Shown one piece after another: positions 11,003 through 20,468 of a stretch of 64,000 nucleotides of DNA. Under the pieces are notes generated by a model, which was given only the letters and a program-made list of their open reading frames with translations, searched no databases and was not told where the DNA came from. Made by a program: the position numbers and the translations under genes. Position 1 is the first letter of the stretch. Every line of letters starts with the position of its first letter. The DNA is from a virus, in the IMG/VR virus record IMGVR_UViG_3300028844_007948, positions 64,001 through 128,000 of that record, one strand, 5' to 3'.

Positions 11003-11059
11003 CAAATATATTATACACTAGAATGAAAAAAATGCTATTTTAATGTGTAAAATATTTAT
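11003..11059. promoter_or_regulatory. Back-to-back divergent GTGTA-type (putative late) promoters
   Basis: Minus-strand GTGTA at 11018-11014, 11 nt before ATG 11002; plus-strand GTGTA at 11045-11049, 10 nt before ATG 11060. Confidence 0.6.
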
Positions 11060-12211
11060 ATGGTAAACAATTCCATACTAAGGTACAATTCGGCGAGACT
11101 ATTTGGTCAGTCAAGGACCGCTGGCGAAACTATAAATCCAATAACCTTAGTAACAGATTTCCAATTTGGTTTCAATATAAATAGAGAAACTATAAAATCG
11201 GTAGGTTATAGCGAAATACTAAGACCTGTAGTAGCCAACCAAAGGCCTTACTTTAGTTTTTCATATTACCTTTCTGATGTTGATAACGAAAAATTATTTA
11301 GAATGCCTGTCACAGCGGACGAAGCAATACACGAAAAAATGCCCATGTTTACAGGTCTTGAAACAATGGACTTTTTCTTTTTATCTTCTGAAAGTGGTCA
11401 AGATTTTATAGACATCAATAAAGATGAACTTTCAGCCTGTGTTTTTACGGGAGCGTTTTTAACTTCATATAGTATGGAAATACTGACATCTGGAGTTATA
11501 AAAATAAATGTTTCTTGGGAGGCTGACAATGTAAAATTTCAAAAATTTAAAAATGTTTCTGGTTATGAGTTCATAGATTATGATGTAGAAGATTTAAATA
11601 TGACAACCCAGAGTGATTTTGAATTAAATGATGGGGTAGAAGATATTAATTTAGATGTAGGAGGATTTGGAGTTCAAGGTGGGCTCCAGTCTTTTAACTT
11701 TTCAGCAGACATTCCAACCAAAACCCTTTATGATTTCGGTCAATATTCACACAAAAAAGATATAAAATTTCCAGTAGAGGGCAGGATCTCAGCTAAAGCA
11801 TTTGTGAGAAGCCAGATGGAAGGAAGATTGGACAATATACTTTGTTCTGATAAAGGGGTTGATTTTTTGTTCTCAAATTATAGACAAGATTGCGAAAACC
11901 CTCAATATAGAAATTATAAATCTGGGTTTTTATTTAAAAATGCACAAATTTTATCACAAAAATACAGTTTAAACACTAACAGGGGTAATTATTTCGTAGC
12001 AGATTTAGAATTTATAATATATATAACAAAAGAAAAAGGGGTATATATATCTAAACACATAACCCCAAAGACTGATGGAACATTTCAAGGGGAAGATGGG
12101 AATGAAATACTTAACTTAATTTTAGAGGTTGAGGGTGGTGGAGGGGGAATTTTATCAGAAGTTGCTGGTGATATGATTAATTCACTGAGAGATTTAAGAA
12201 ACAAAGTGTAA
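11060..12211 (+). CDS. Putative tail tube-like structural protein
   Basis: Two beta-rich halves (FQFGFNINRETIKSVG..FSFSYYLSD; QSFNFSADIPTKTLYDFG); acidic EDG..ILE C-terminus; structural context. Confidence 0.45.
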   Translation: MVNNSILRYNSARLFGQSRTAGETINPITLVTDFQFGFNINRETIKSVGYSEILRPVVANQRPYFSFSYYLSDVDNEKLFRMPVTADEAIHEKMPMFTGLETMDFFFLSSESGQDFIDINKDELSACVFTGAFLTSYSMEILTSGVIKINVSWEADNVKFQKFKNVSGYEFIDYDVEDLNMTTQSDFELNDGVEDINLDVGGFGVQGGLQSFNFSADIPTKTLYDFGQYSHKKDIKFPVEGRISAKAFVRSQMEGRLDNILCSDKGVDFLFSNYRQDCENPQYRNYKSGFLFKNAQILSQKYSLNTNRGNYFVADLEFIIYITKEKGVYISKHITPKTDGTFQGEDGNEILNLILEVEGGGGGILSEVAGDMINSLRDLRNKV

Positions 12212-12220
12212 TAATAATTA
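12206..12220 (+). promoter_or_regulatory. GTGTA-type promoter motif overlapping the upstream Val-stop (GTG TAA)
   Basis: GTGTA at 12206-12210, 10 A/T nt, ATG 12221. Confidence 0.6.
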
Positions 12221-14650
12221 ATGGCTATAGATAGAAAAATATCGGACCTTGACAACTTACCAGGTTTGCAGTTCACACCACCTCAAGATGGTGACTATTT
12301 CCTTATAGCTAGAGAGGATGTAAATAACTATAAATTAAGCTACGGAAGAGTTTATGCTCAGTTGCGTGAAAATGTAGTTTTTACTACTGGAAATCAAGCA
12401 ATAGAGGGAGAGAAAACTTTCCATGATTATATACACGCCCCACTCATTAAAGGCGGGTTAGAAGGTAATGTAACAGGAGATCTTCAAGGTACAGCTAGAT
12501 ATGTGCAAGATGGACTATATCTGACTGGGGATCAATATGTTAGTGGAATAAAAACATTCGAACAATTTATTGTTGGTAATGTTAGTGGTGATTTATCGGG
12601 AATAGCTAGGCATGTGGTCCATGGAGTATACACTACTGGGGATCAAGATATATATGGGGTAAAAACTTTTGACGAGTTTTTAATAGGTAATGTAAGCGGA
12701 AACCTCTCTGGCACAGCAAGATATGTAGTAGACGGGGTTTATGTTACTGGAGATCAAACCATATATGGTCATAAAACATTCAACTCTTTTATATCCTCTA
12801 ATGTAAGCGGAAATCTTTCGGGGATAGCAAGGTATGTACAGGATGGTGTGTATACCACTGGTAATCAAACAATAAGTGGGGTTAAAGATTTCAGAGAAGA
12901 CCTACTTGTAAGCGGTAAATCTATTGAGGTTTTAATAAAATCTGGAATATCTGATGTAGAAAAAGAAATTAGCTCCCTTCAAGAGTTTTCTGTTCTAACG
13001 ACAGGAGATCAAATAATAAGTGGGGTTAAAACTTTTGATTCATTTATCTCAGGAAATGTTAGTGGTAATCTTTCGGGAACAGCAAGGTATGTACAAGACG
13101 GCGTATATACAACAGGTAACCAAATCATTAGCGGAGTAAAAACTTTTGATTCGTTTATCTCAGGAAATGTTAGTGGTAATCTTTCGGGAACCGCTCTTTA
13201 TGTCCAAAGTGGAGTCTATACTACTGGAGATCAACAAATAACAGGTAGAAAAGATTTTCTGGGAGAGCTTTACATAAGCGGAAAGCCTTTCTCTCAATAC
13301 AGTACAAAATTAGACGAACATCAAGTTTTAATAATTACTGGGTTTAATCAAACAGTAAGCGGAAGAAAAGTTTTTCAAGACTACTTAGTTCCATCTGGAG
13401 GGATAACAACAACAGGGGAAGATAAAAGTTTACTTATAACTGCTGACGAAAATGAGCTAGTAGATGTTCCAGGAAAATCTTTAGTTATAAATTTCGAAAG
13501 TGGGGTTTATATTACTGGCTCCGACCTACATGTCCAAGGTAAAATTTATGCTGATGAAATCGAAGCCGTAGACTCTATTATGGGGAACTCTGGGGCTATG
13601 GTTCTCACCGATGGTAGAGACCCAACCTTATTTGAGGGTCCAGATGAAAGTCTTATTATGGGAGACTCTGGAGCTATGGTTCTCACCGATGGTAGGGACC
13701 CAGCCTTATTTGAGGGTCCAGACTATAGCCTGTCTATGGCCTTCAGGAGTGGAGTATTCATTACAGGGGGGGCAGACTTACATGTAGAAGGAAAAATTTA
13801 TGCCGAAGAGATCGAAGCTATTGATTCAATAGCTGGCGAATCTGGAGCTATGGTTCTCACCGACGGTAGAGACCCCGCTTTATTCGAAGGACCAGACTAT
13901 AGCCTTACAATGGCCTTCAGGAGCGGGGTCTTTATCACAGGTGGATCCCTGAATCTAGATAGACCACCAACGATAAAAGGAAAAAACATTTTAAAAAGCT
14001 CAATAAAAAGAACTGAAATAGCTTGTAATTTTTGGTGGAGTTCTGATTCTAAAAATGTTTACTTACCAATAGCAGACTCTTCTTCAAGTAAAATTACTAA
14101 ATCTGAAATGGGTCTTGAGTCAATTAGACTTATGAGCTACCAAGGAAGAGTTGCTAGAATTAGCTATTCTATAACAAAAACAAATCCACATGGAATTAAA
14201 AACCCTCAGTTTAATATAATAACAGGGCAAGCAGTAAATCACAGTTGTGCCGAACCATTTGAGGAATGTAAATTATCTTTTATTGATGAAGACGGTTTAA
14301 CATCAGAAGATATATCAGAATCTTCTAATATAGAATATGAAAAATGGATGGATACATTTGGAATATATAATCAATTTGGACCATCGAGCCCCAATGTTCC
14401 TTGTTGTTATCCATATCCTGGAGTAACTCCAATCAGGCGAGATGAAAAGCAAGAAGGGATAATTGAATATAGCACGCCTCAGCAATATATTGTATACTCA
14501 CAAGAATTTGAAAATAAATTTCATTTTAACGAAAAAACATTTTTAGCTATACAAATGGATAAAGACGGTAATGAAGGCGATAAATGTTTTCAAGGAAATA
14601 TAAATCAACCTATTATGGTTACTATTGAACTCGAAGAGTTCTTGAATTAG
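12221..14650 (+). CDS. Tail fibre / fibrous virion protein with two repeat families
   Basis: N-terminal RKISDL..DGDYFLI attachment-type motif; repeated VYTTG(D/N)QxIxGxKTF and GNVSGNLSGTARYV; Cys-containing C-terminal domain. Confidence 0.7.
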   Translation: MAIDRKISDLDNLPGLQFTPPQDGDYFLIAREDVNNYKLSYGRVYAQLRENVVFTTGNQAIEGEKTFHDYIHAPLIKGGLEGNVTGDLQGTARYVQDGLYLTGDQYVSGIKTFEQFIVGNVSGDLSGIARHVVHGVYTTGDQDIYGVKTFDEFLIGNVSGNLSGTARYVVDGVYVTGDQTIYGHKTFNSFISSNVSGNLSGIARYVQDGVYTTGNQTISGVKDFREDLLVSGKSIEVLIKSGISDVEKEISSLQEFSVLTTGDQIISGVKTFDSFISGNVSGNLSGTARYVQDGVYTTGNQIISGVKTFDSFISGNVSGNLSGTALYVQSGVYTTGDQQITGRKDFLGELYISGKPFSQYSTKLDEHQVLIITGFNQTVSGRKVFQDYLVPSGGITTTGEDKSLLITADENELVDVPGKSLVINFESGVYITGSDLHVQGKIYADEIEAVDSIMGNSGAMVLTDGRDPTLFEGPDESLIMGDSGAMVLTDGRDPALFEGPDYSLSMAFRSGVFITGGADLHVEGKIYAEEIEAIDSIAGESGAMVLTDGRDPALFEGPDYSLTMAFRSGVFITGGSLNLDRPPTIKGKNILKSSIKRTEIACNFWWSSDSKNVYLPIADSSSSKITKSEMGLESIRLMSYQGRVARISYSITKTNPHGIKNPQFNIITGQAVNHSCAEPFEECKLSFIDEDGLTSEDISESSNIEYEKWMDTFGIYNQFGPSSPNVPCCYPYPGVTPIRRDEKQEGIIEYSTPQQYIVYSQEFENKFHFNEKTFLAIQMDKDGNEGDKCFQGNINQPIMVTIELEEFLN
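12370..13400 (+). repeat. Intragenic 111-nt (37-aa) repeats
   Basis: About 9 TG(D/N)QxxxGxKxF motifs. The copies at about 13022 and 13133 are near-identical in DNA. Confidence 0.85.
13577..13945 (+). repeat. Intragenic SGAMVLTDGRDPxLFEGPD repeat, three copies
   Basis: Tandem 78-nt copies at 13577 and 13655, third copy near 13840; high nucleotide identity. Confidence 0.9.
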
Positions 14651-14986
14651 TTACTTATTTTTTACTAAAGTAAAAAAAAGATAAGATATATATGGCCAAG
14701 AAAAGGTTGATGCTAAAATCAGCCAATAACTAGATCCAGATAGTTGACATATAATAAGACTTATCATCCATGATAAATGGGTTGATAAACAAAGCGGACA
14801 CATTAAAAGCTCCCCAAACCAACCTCCGTTCATACACAAATAGTCTTCAAGATCTTCCGTTGTAAATATTTTTTTATTTTTTTTAAAAAAATTAAAAAAG
14901 TGAACAGATATATTTGTCAACTTCCATATACATATAATGTTAGAAACTATTAAAGCTCCCAATATATAATACATAATTATATTCAT
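14651..14986 (-). CDS. DUF1360-like small membrane protein
   Basis: GELLMCPLCLSTHLSW (CPxC motif) plus hydrophobic helices. Confidence 0.55.
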   Translation of the reverse strand: MNIIMYYILGALIVSNIICIWKLTNISVHFFNFFKKNKKIFTTEDLEDYLCMNGGWFGELLMCPLCLSTHLSWMISLIICQLSGSSYWLILASTFSWPYISYLFFTLVKNK

Positions 14987-15207
14987 AACCCTATTTGAAT
15001 CATTTTTGCATAAATGATTTGCCTGTATTTACTATATATAGAACTTTTTTTGCATGAGCTACAGCCTGGACCCCCTAATTCTTTTTGGAGTGAAGCTTTA
15101 ATGTCTTTACAGTTGACCATTTTAGATCCATATTCTTCTTGGCAAAAATTTTCATTACTAACGAAAAGTGAGAAAACCTTTTCTCTTAATTGTTGCTGGT
15201 TGCTCAT
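14983..15207 (-). CDS. Small Cys-containing hypothetical protein
   Basis: 74 aa, four Cys including GCSSCKK; 4-nt overlap with the next gene. Confidence 0.65.
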   Translation of the reverse strand: MSNQQQLREKVFSLFVSNENFCQEEYGSKMVNCKDIKASLQKELGGPGCSSCKKSSIYSKYRQIIYAKMIQIGL

Positions 15208-15209
15208 AT

Positions 15210-15593
15210 TTAAAAATCAATTTTGTAATCTTTAGTTTCTACGGTTTTCTTTTTATCTTCAGGATGTTTTGCTCCACCTCTTTTTTTTGAATAATCTTTA
15301 AAATATTTCTTTTTTACGGGATCAACTCCACCATTTTTTTCTGCTCTAGCATTGGAGAGTTCAGCACTTCTATCCAGTAAGTCTCCATATGTTCCTTTTG
15401 TGTTTCTTGTCTTTTCTACAAAATCTTTATTACTCCATGGGTCAATTGTGCCCTCGGTATTCAGTTGGCTAGGAGTAAAAAATCTATTCCACTCTAAGCC
15501 ATTTTCGTCAAAATAAACATGATCATCCTTCATTGATTGAATAACCTCTATCAATTCACTAGTTTCAGGATTTTGATATACATATATAGGCAT
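15210..15593 (-). CDS. FmdB-like (Cys-less zinc-ribbon-like) protein
   Basis: N-terminal MPIYVYQNPETSELIEVIQSM pattern. Confidence 0.55.
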   Translation of the reverse strand: MPIYVYQNPETSELIEVIQSMKDDHVYFDENGLEWNRFFTPSQLNTEGTIDPWSNKDFVEKTRNTKGTYGDLLDRSAELSNARAEKNGGVDPVKKKYFKDYSKKRGGAKHPEDKKKTVETKDYKIDF

Positions 15594-15594
15594 T

Positions 15595-15936
15595 TTAGTC
15601 CCAGTTTCCTCTCGCTGGTAATTGAGAAAAATCTACAGAAAAACAATACTCATCATCGTCATCATCGTGAATTTCATTATCTAATTGCTTTTGCTTGTTT
15701 TTCGTAAGTTTAGCATTCATGCGTTTTCCCATCCAAAAAGCTTCTAATATTAGAGAACGAGCCGCATTGACATTAGTTGCTTCTTCTTGCATACAGCTAT
15801 AAGCTAACCTAAGTACATTACAAATAGTTCTTTTGTTATCAGGGTCTGAACTTATACCATCTAAAGCTTCTTGCAGTTCATTAATGCCAAATGATTTAGG
15901 TGTGTATGCTTTTGATTCAAATTTAATCTCTTTCAT
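15595..15936 (-). CDS. Hypothetical protein
   Basis: 113-aa ORF with an acidic patch; GTGTA motif 9 nt upstream. Confidence 0.65.
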   Translation of the reverse strand: MKEIKFESKAYTPKSFGINELQEALDGISSDPDNKRTICNVLRLAYSCMQEEATNVNAARSLILEAFWMGKRMNAKLTKNKQKQLDNEIHDDDDDEYCFSVDFSQLPARGNWD

Positions 15937-15950
15937 ATATTATAGTACAC
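15937..15950 (-). promoter_or_regulatory. GTGTA-type promoter motif
   Basis: Minus-strand GTGTA (15950-15946), CTATAATAT, then ATG 15936. Confidence 0.55.
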
Positions 15951-17035
15951 TAAACATCCATTTCTTTTAATATCAAGTCTACAGTATTTTTATACGTAAA
16001 TTTATCTTTTAGTTTTTCTCCTTCTGTATTAATTTTACCCTTGAAGTTTTCTGCCAACTCAAACTTAGAGATTATTTCATCTTCACTTACTGTATTTATA
16101 GAGCCTTGATTAAATGGAGAGTTTTTGGTGAAAAATACTCCGTCTTCAGAGCTTTCTTTGTCTTGTGGGTTTAATAGTATTGAATTTTCAGAAGTCGCCC
16201 AGTCTTTATGAGATGTATGATTCATGACAATACTCCATTTACCTAAACATGAAGCATTAAAAGAAGGTAAGTTCCAACCTTCGGCGCCGCTCAATCCAGA
16301 TAAATCAAAATCTATAGAATTTAAAACTTCATTAACTTCTGAATTAGTACCTAGCCTACCAAGGAAATTTATATTACCATATGTTTTACCTTCAAGAGCT
16401 TGGCCTATGATTTGGTTCATTTCTTCGTTTTTGAAGAACGGATTAAGAACACAGCAAGTGAGTTGGTACTTGTGGTTATTTCCGTATTTTTTAGCCCAGG
16501 CTTTTATTATTTTACCAGTATGTTTTCTTTTTTCCCATTTTCCTATTATACCAAAATGTATTTTATCTTTGATGTATTCTTTATTTGTCTTGCAAAAGTC
16601 TTCGTCAAAACCAAGAGGAATAGATTTTACATTTTCGCAACCTACATTTTCGAAACATTTTCTTGCATGAGAACTGCTAAATATAGCCTTATCATGAATA
16701 TCAACTATATTCTTTTCAGTGAATGTGGGGCTGTCTAATTCATAAAAAGAATAAAGAAAACTTTTTTTTCCAATGGTTGACTCGCTATCATTAAGATGCC
16801 ATATTGAAAGACAGGGAGTATCCTTACTCATGCTTGTCAGTCTATTATTTGCAGAATCTTCAAGCCATGCCTTGAAGTCAGGATCAAGTTTATCAAAAGC
16901 AGAAAAATCAAAGTTATTGGATATTGGAAAAATAGAAGTCTTTATATCCCTTCTATACAATTCTCTAGCTATATTGTAGGATACATTGCCAAATGACAAA
17001 GAATTAAATGCAGCTTTTAAAATTATTTTTTTCAT
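15950..17035 (-). CDS. GT-B (GT4-like) glycosyltransferase
   Basis: GKWEKRKH and SGAEGWNLPSFNA (EGFGLP-like) motifs; likely ATG at 17035. Confidence 0.7.
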   Translation of the reverse strand: MKKIILKAAFNSLSFGNVSYNIARELYRRDIKTSIFPISNNFDFSAFDKLDPDFKAWLEDSANNRLTSMSKDTPCLSIWHLNDSESTIGKKSFLYSFYELDSPTFTEKNIVDIHDKAIFSSSHARKCFENVGCENVKSIPLGFDEDFCKTNKEYIKDKIHFGIIGKWEKRKHTGKIIKAWAKKYGNNHKYQLTCCVLNPFFKNEEMNQIIGQALEGKTYGNINFLGRLGTNSEVNEVLNSIDFDLSGLSGAEGWNLPSFNASCLGKWSIVMNHTSHKDWATSENSILLNPQDKESSEDGVFFTKNSPFNQGSINTVSEDEIISKFELAENFKGKINTEGEKLKDKFTYKNTVDLILKEMDV

Positions 17036-17049
17036 CTTATTATTATAAA

Positions 17050-17478
17050 TTACCAAGGCTCTTCTTCAAGTTCTTCTTCTAAAGCTGATTCTTGAGTGTG
17101 TTTTATTTCAGAGTTAATTTTTTTTATATCCCTTAATTTATGTATGCTTTCGATTTCAACATCTTCTTTTGATGAAGATTCTTTGTTGTTTAATATTTTT
17201 ATAAAATCGCAGACACAGAACAATTTACTTTTAGACTCTCCTTTTTTTGTTTTCCAAGAAGAAAACTTCATTTTCCCTTCAACGAAAACTAAAGACCCTT
17301 TCTTGACAAAAGAATTGCAGTTCTCGGCAATTTTATCCCAACATTCAACATCTACCCATGTCGTCTCTTTTCCATAATTAATCCCTATAGAAAATGATGC
17401 TTTGCATTTTCCTGAAGAGTATTCATTAAACTGAGGTTCTGAGGCGGCATACCCCATACATATATATTTGTTTATCAT
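17050..17478 (-). CDS. ssb: Single-stranded DNA-binding protein
   Basis: MINKYICMGY...TTWVDVECWDKIAE..VKKGSLVFVEGKM OB fold; acidic tail EEELEEEPW. Confidence 0.9.
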   Translation of the reverse strand: MINKYICMGYAASEPQFNEYSSGKCKASFSIGINYGKETTWVDVECWDKIAENCNSFVKKGSLVFVEGKMKFSSWKTKKGESKSKLFCVCDFIKILNNKESSSKEDVEIESIHKLRDIKKINSEIKHTQESALEEELEEEPW

Positions 17479-18044
17479 TTTTCTATTCTATTCTGTAATT
17501 TTTTTAAAAATTTATTGTGTATATTTATGCATCCCTGCACACTTAATGAAAGTCTTGAACTAACAACCTTCCAAGCTGTAAGCTTATTATTCTTAGATTC
17601 AAAATACCTAATTTTAAAAATTTCCGCAACCCTTTCGTCACTATCTTTTTCTATTTCTTCATGAATTTTATTGTAACGCTCTTTTTTTAACAGGAAAGGT
17701 ATTGTAGAAATAGAATCATCTTTGATGTTCTCATACTCAAGTTTTGTTTTCTTTTTTTCTGAATTGAAAAAATTAAGACAAAGCCATCTTGCCTTATTAG
17801 CTAGATAGGAAGAAAATTTAGCCTTTTTGAGATGTTCAGGATTGTACTCAAGTGCAGCGAAGTAAATATGATACTTACATTCTTCTATTAATTCTTTCTT
17901 TTTATCTGGAAAAGAATTGCAAGAAAAGTATTTATGTATTATTTTATAATAAATTTTAGAATGCATTTCGTATAGTCGGGAAAGGCTTTGATTCAAATCA
18001 ATGCTTTCTTTTATATTATTAATGTGTTGTTCTTCTTCTTTCAT
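17475..18044 (-). CDS. Phage-encoded sigma70-family factor (regions 2 and 4)
   Basis: YNPE..KAKFSSYLANKARWLCLN (region 2-like); IFKIRYF..WKVVSSRLSLSVQGCINIH (region 4 HTH). Confidence 0.75.
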   Translation of the reverse strand: MKEEEQHINNIKESIDLNQSLSRLYEMHSKIYYKIIHKYFSCNSFPDKKKELIEECKYHIYFAALEYNPEHLKKAKFSSYLANKARWLCLNFFNSEKKKTKLEYENIKDDSISTIPFLLKKERYNKIHEEIEKDSDERVAEIFKIRYFESKNNKLTAWKVVSSRLSLSVQGCINIHNKFLKKLQNRIEK

Positions 18045-18047
18045 TAC

Positions 18048-18611
18048 TCAAGGGATTGTTTGTTGTTTTAAAAATTGTTTATGTAAAAAATCAGAGACCA
18101 TTGAAGAAGCTATGCCATTAGTAAACTCTTCTTCACTGAAGTTAGGCCAATTAAAATGATAATCACACTCTTCTTTTACGATTGGGTCATTGGTCAGTTC
18201 CTCTGAATTGATTGGCCCAACTCCTTCCCTCTCTATGTGTATGCAAAAGCCTTTTGATTTTTTTATTTCAGAAATTTCATTTGGGAATCTTACATCTGTA
18301 ATAAAGAAATTTTCCTCTTCTTGATCGTTTATTTTTTTAAATACTTGATCTATCCAATATCTACCATTAGAAATTTGTCTTTTTGCCATTCCATAGGAGA
18401 CTAACATTGGCCTTATTACTTCTTTTTCTTTTAAGTCTTCAGTAAAAGAGCTTATATTAAAGTTTCTCAACAAGAAGTAATCCAACTCTTCCTTCAAGCA
18501 TCCAGCAAAAGCTATACTTTGATTTGGGCGATTATTAAAATTAATGTTTTTACAGAAATTATAAAATGAATCTTTGCCACTACGGGCAACACCAGCTAAA
18601 CCTATTATCAT
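18048..18611 (-). CDS. Deoxynucleoside monophosphate kinase (T4 gp1-like)
   Basis: IIGLAGVARSGKDS P-loop, AFAxxLK, ITDVRFPNE. Confidence 0.85.
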   Translation of the reverse strand: MIIGLAGVARSGKDSFYNFCKNINFNNRPNQSIAFAGCLKEELDYFLLRNFNISSFTEDLKEKEVIRPMLVSYGMAKRQISNGRYWIDQVFKKINDQEEENFFITDVRFPNEISEIKKSKGFCIHIEREGVGPINSEELTNDPIVKEECDYHFNWPNFSEEEFTNGIASSMVSDFLHKQFLKQQTIP

Positions 18612-19147
18612 TTTCCAGTACTCCCAAATCCGCCATCTCCCCTTTGGCTGTCAGTAAGACTATCTTTTATGAAAATTTTTGGATGTATATGTTTGCTGAA
18701 AACAAGCTGGCCTATCTTATCTCCCTTGGAATATATCATGCTTTCATCAATACCTAAAGCTAAATTCTTACCTTCGTTAACTAAATAATAATTCTCTGGT
18801 TGCGGGATGTATTTGAATCTAAGTTTGATTGTGTCTCTGAATCCAGAATCTATAACTGCGACAGAATTACATAAAGAAAGATTGTATTTAGATATGCTAG
18901 ACCTTGGGAATACATTGCAATACAGCTCGTAATCGCTGAACTCGTCTTTTCCTGGTTCAATAGCTATATTGGTCTCATATTCTAGGAAGTATATTTTTTT
19001 ATAGAGTTTTTTTATGTAAATATCTCCCATTATTCTGGGGTAATCTACCGCAATTAAATCATATCCTGCATCACCTGGGTTTTTTGGAGATATAATTTGA
19101 CCCTCTTTAAGGTTCTTTTTGGAATTAAGGGTTACATTTATTTTCAT
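18608..19147 (-). CDS. dut: Trimeric dUTPase
   Basis: AGYDL, PRSSIS, VIDSGFR, IGQLV and RGDGGFGSTG motifs. Confidence 0.92.
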   Translation of the reverse strand: MKINVTLNSKKNLKEGQIISPKNPGDAGYDLIAVDYPRIMGDIYIKKLYKKIYFLEYETNIAIEPGKDEFSDYELYCNVFPRSSISKYNLSLCNSVAVIDSGFRDTIKLRFKYIPQPENYYLVNEGKNLALGIDESMIYSKGDKIGQLVFSKHIHPKIFIKDSLTDSQRGDGGFGSTGK

Positions 19148-19455
19148 TTCTCTTTTTTCATTAATTTAATTATTTTATTATATTTGTTCGATAAGTCATA
19201 CATACCAACATCAGCCAATACATCTGGTGTGTATATAAGATGAACATCATCAACCACATCCATTTTTTCAAAAATGGATGAAATATCAAGGATTGTTATT
19301 GAAGGGGCTAAATTTAAATCTTTTCCAAATTTATCATTAGCTTCTTCAACGGCTAATGCCGCAGCCTCATTAGGGTCCTTAGCCTTAACCATGCACTCCC
19401 AATTAGCACAAGTCACATAGTAGCTCTTCTTTTTAGTGTCTACATCAAAAATCAT
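19144..19455 (-). CDS. Hypothetical protein
   Basis: 103-aa ORF, first gene of the minus-strand operon, overlaps dut. Confidence 0.65.
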   Translation of the reverse strand: MIFDVDTKKKSYYVTCANWECMVKAKDPNEAAALAVEEANDKFGKDLNLAPSITILDISSIFEKMDVVDDVHLIYTPDVLADVGMYDLSNKYNKIIKLMKKEK

Positions 19456-19465
19456 ATTCGTATCA

Positions 19466-19493
19466 AGAATACCCTTTTTTCTAAAAAAAACAA
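19466..19493 (-). promoter_or_regulatory. Sigma70-like promoter
   Basis: TTGTTT-16-TATTCT on the minus strand, 10 nt before ATG 19455. Confidence 0.45.
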
Positions 19494-19574
19494 CCTTTTT
19501 TTATTTTATATTAAAGAAATATATTGAATAATATATAAATTCTATAATAATATAATAATTAATATATTATATAT

Positions 19575-20468
19575 ATGGAGGAAGGTAAGGTATGCTTTAT
19601 AGACGATTCTGTTTCTGGTGTAGGAGGTACAACATTGACCCTAGATGCTATAGTTGAGCCGAAAAAAGAATTCGTTCAATTTATAAGCACCGATCAATTT
19701 AGTCTCAAAGATGTTTTTTCTGGGTTTGAGGTCTTTATTTTAGGAAACCTAACTAGGTTTACCAAGAACTCTCTTGATGCATTAATTTTATTAATGGAAT
19801 CAAAACGGTTCTGCAAAATTGAATTTGATTACGGGTATTGCGAATTCAGAGGTTCTATTCCTCATAAATTAATAAAAGGCGAAGATTGTCAATGCCCATT
19901 TGGGAGCACTGGGAATAAAATATTATCTATGATTTACTCTTTGATAAAAGAAAATTGCCTCCACACTTTCTACATGTCAGAATCTCAGCTCAACATCCAT
20001 TCAGAAAAATTAGAATGGATCGACTCAGATAAGAAGTCAGTGCTTTCATCTTGCTTTACTGAAGACAATATGTTAAAGTTCCAATCATTGAAACCTAAAC
20101 CTAAAAACAATAAGTATGCAATCATAGATGGTCAAGGAGGATGGCACACACAAGCAAAAGGAATCAAGCAAAGCATAGATCACGCTAATAAAAAAGAACT
20201 GGACTTTGATTTAATAAAAACTGAAACTCACAATGAAATGCTTAACTTGCTATCGGAATACAAGGGGTTAATATCACTCCCCATAATAGAGGACACTTGT
20301 CCCAGGATAACCATAGAAGCTAGATATATGGGTTTAGATGTTATTACAAATGAAAACTCGCAACACATTACTGAAGATTGGTGGAAGTCTGACGACGAAA
20401 CAGCCTTTAACTTCACTAAAAACAGGCCAAAATATTTTTGGGAGACAATAAAATGTTTAAAATCTTAA
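19575..20468 (+). CDS. Putative GT-B glycosyltransferase
   Basis: GGTTLT N-terminal loop; PIIEDTCPRITIEARYMG (Ex7E-like). Confidence 0.6.
   Translation: MEEGKVCFIDDSVSGVGGTTLTLDAIVEPKKEFVQFISTDQFSLKDVFSGFEVFILGNLTRFTKNSLDALILLMESKRFCKIEFDYGYCEFRGSIPHKLIKGEDCQCPFGSTGNKILSMIYSLIKENCLHTFYMSESQLNIHSEKLEWIDSDKKSVLSSCFTEDNMLKFQSLKPKPKNNKYAIIDGQGGWHTQAKGIKQSIDHANKKELDFDLIKTETHNEMLNLLSEYKGLISLPIIEDTCPRITIEARYMGLDVITNENSQHITEDWWKSDDETAFNFTKNRPKYFWETIKCLKS

Noticed and set aside
12370-13945. DGR template/variable repeat pair or CRISPR-like repeats in the fibre gene
   Set aside because: Repeats are in-frame coding, differences are mostly synonymous and not adenine-specific, and there is no reverse transcriptase in the window.
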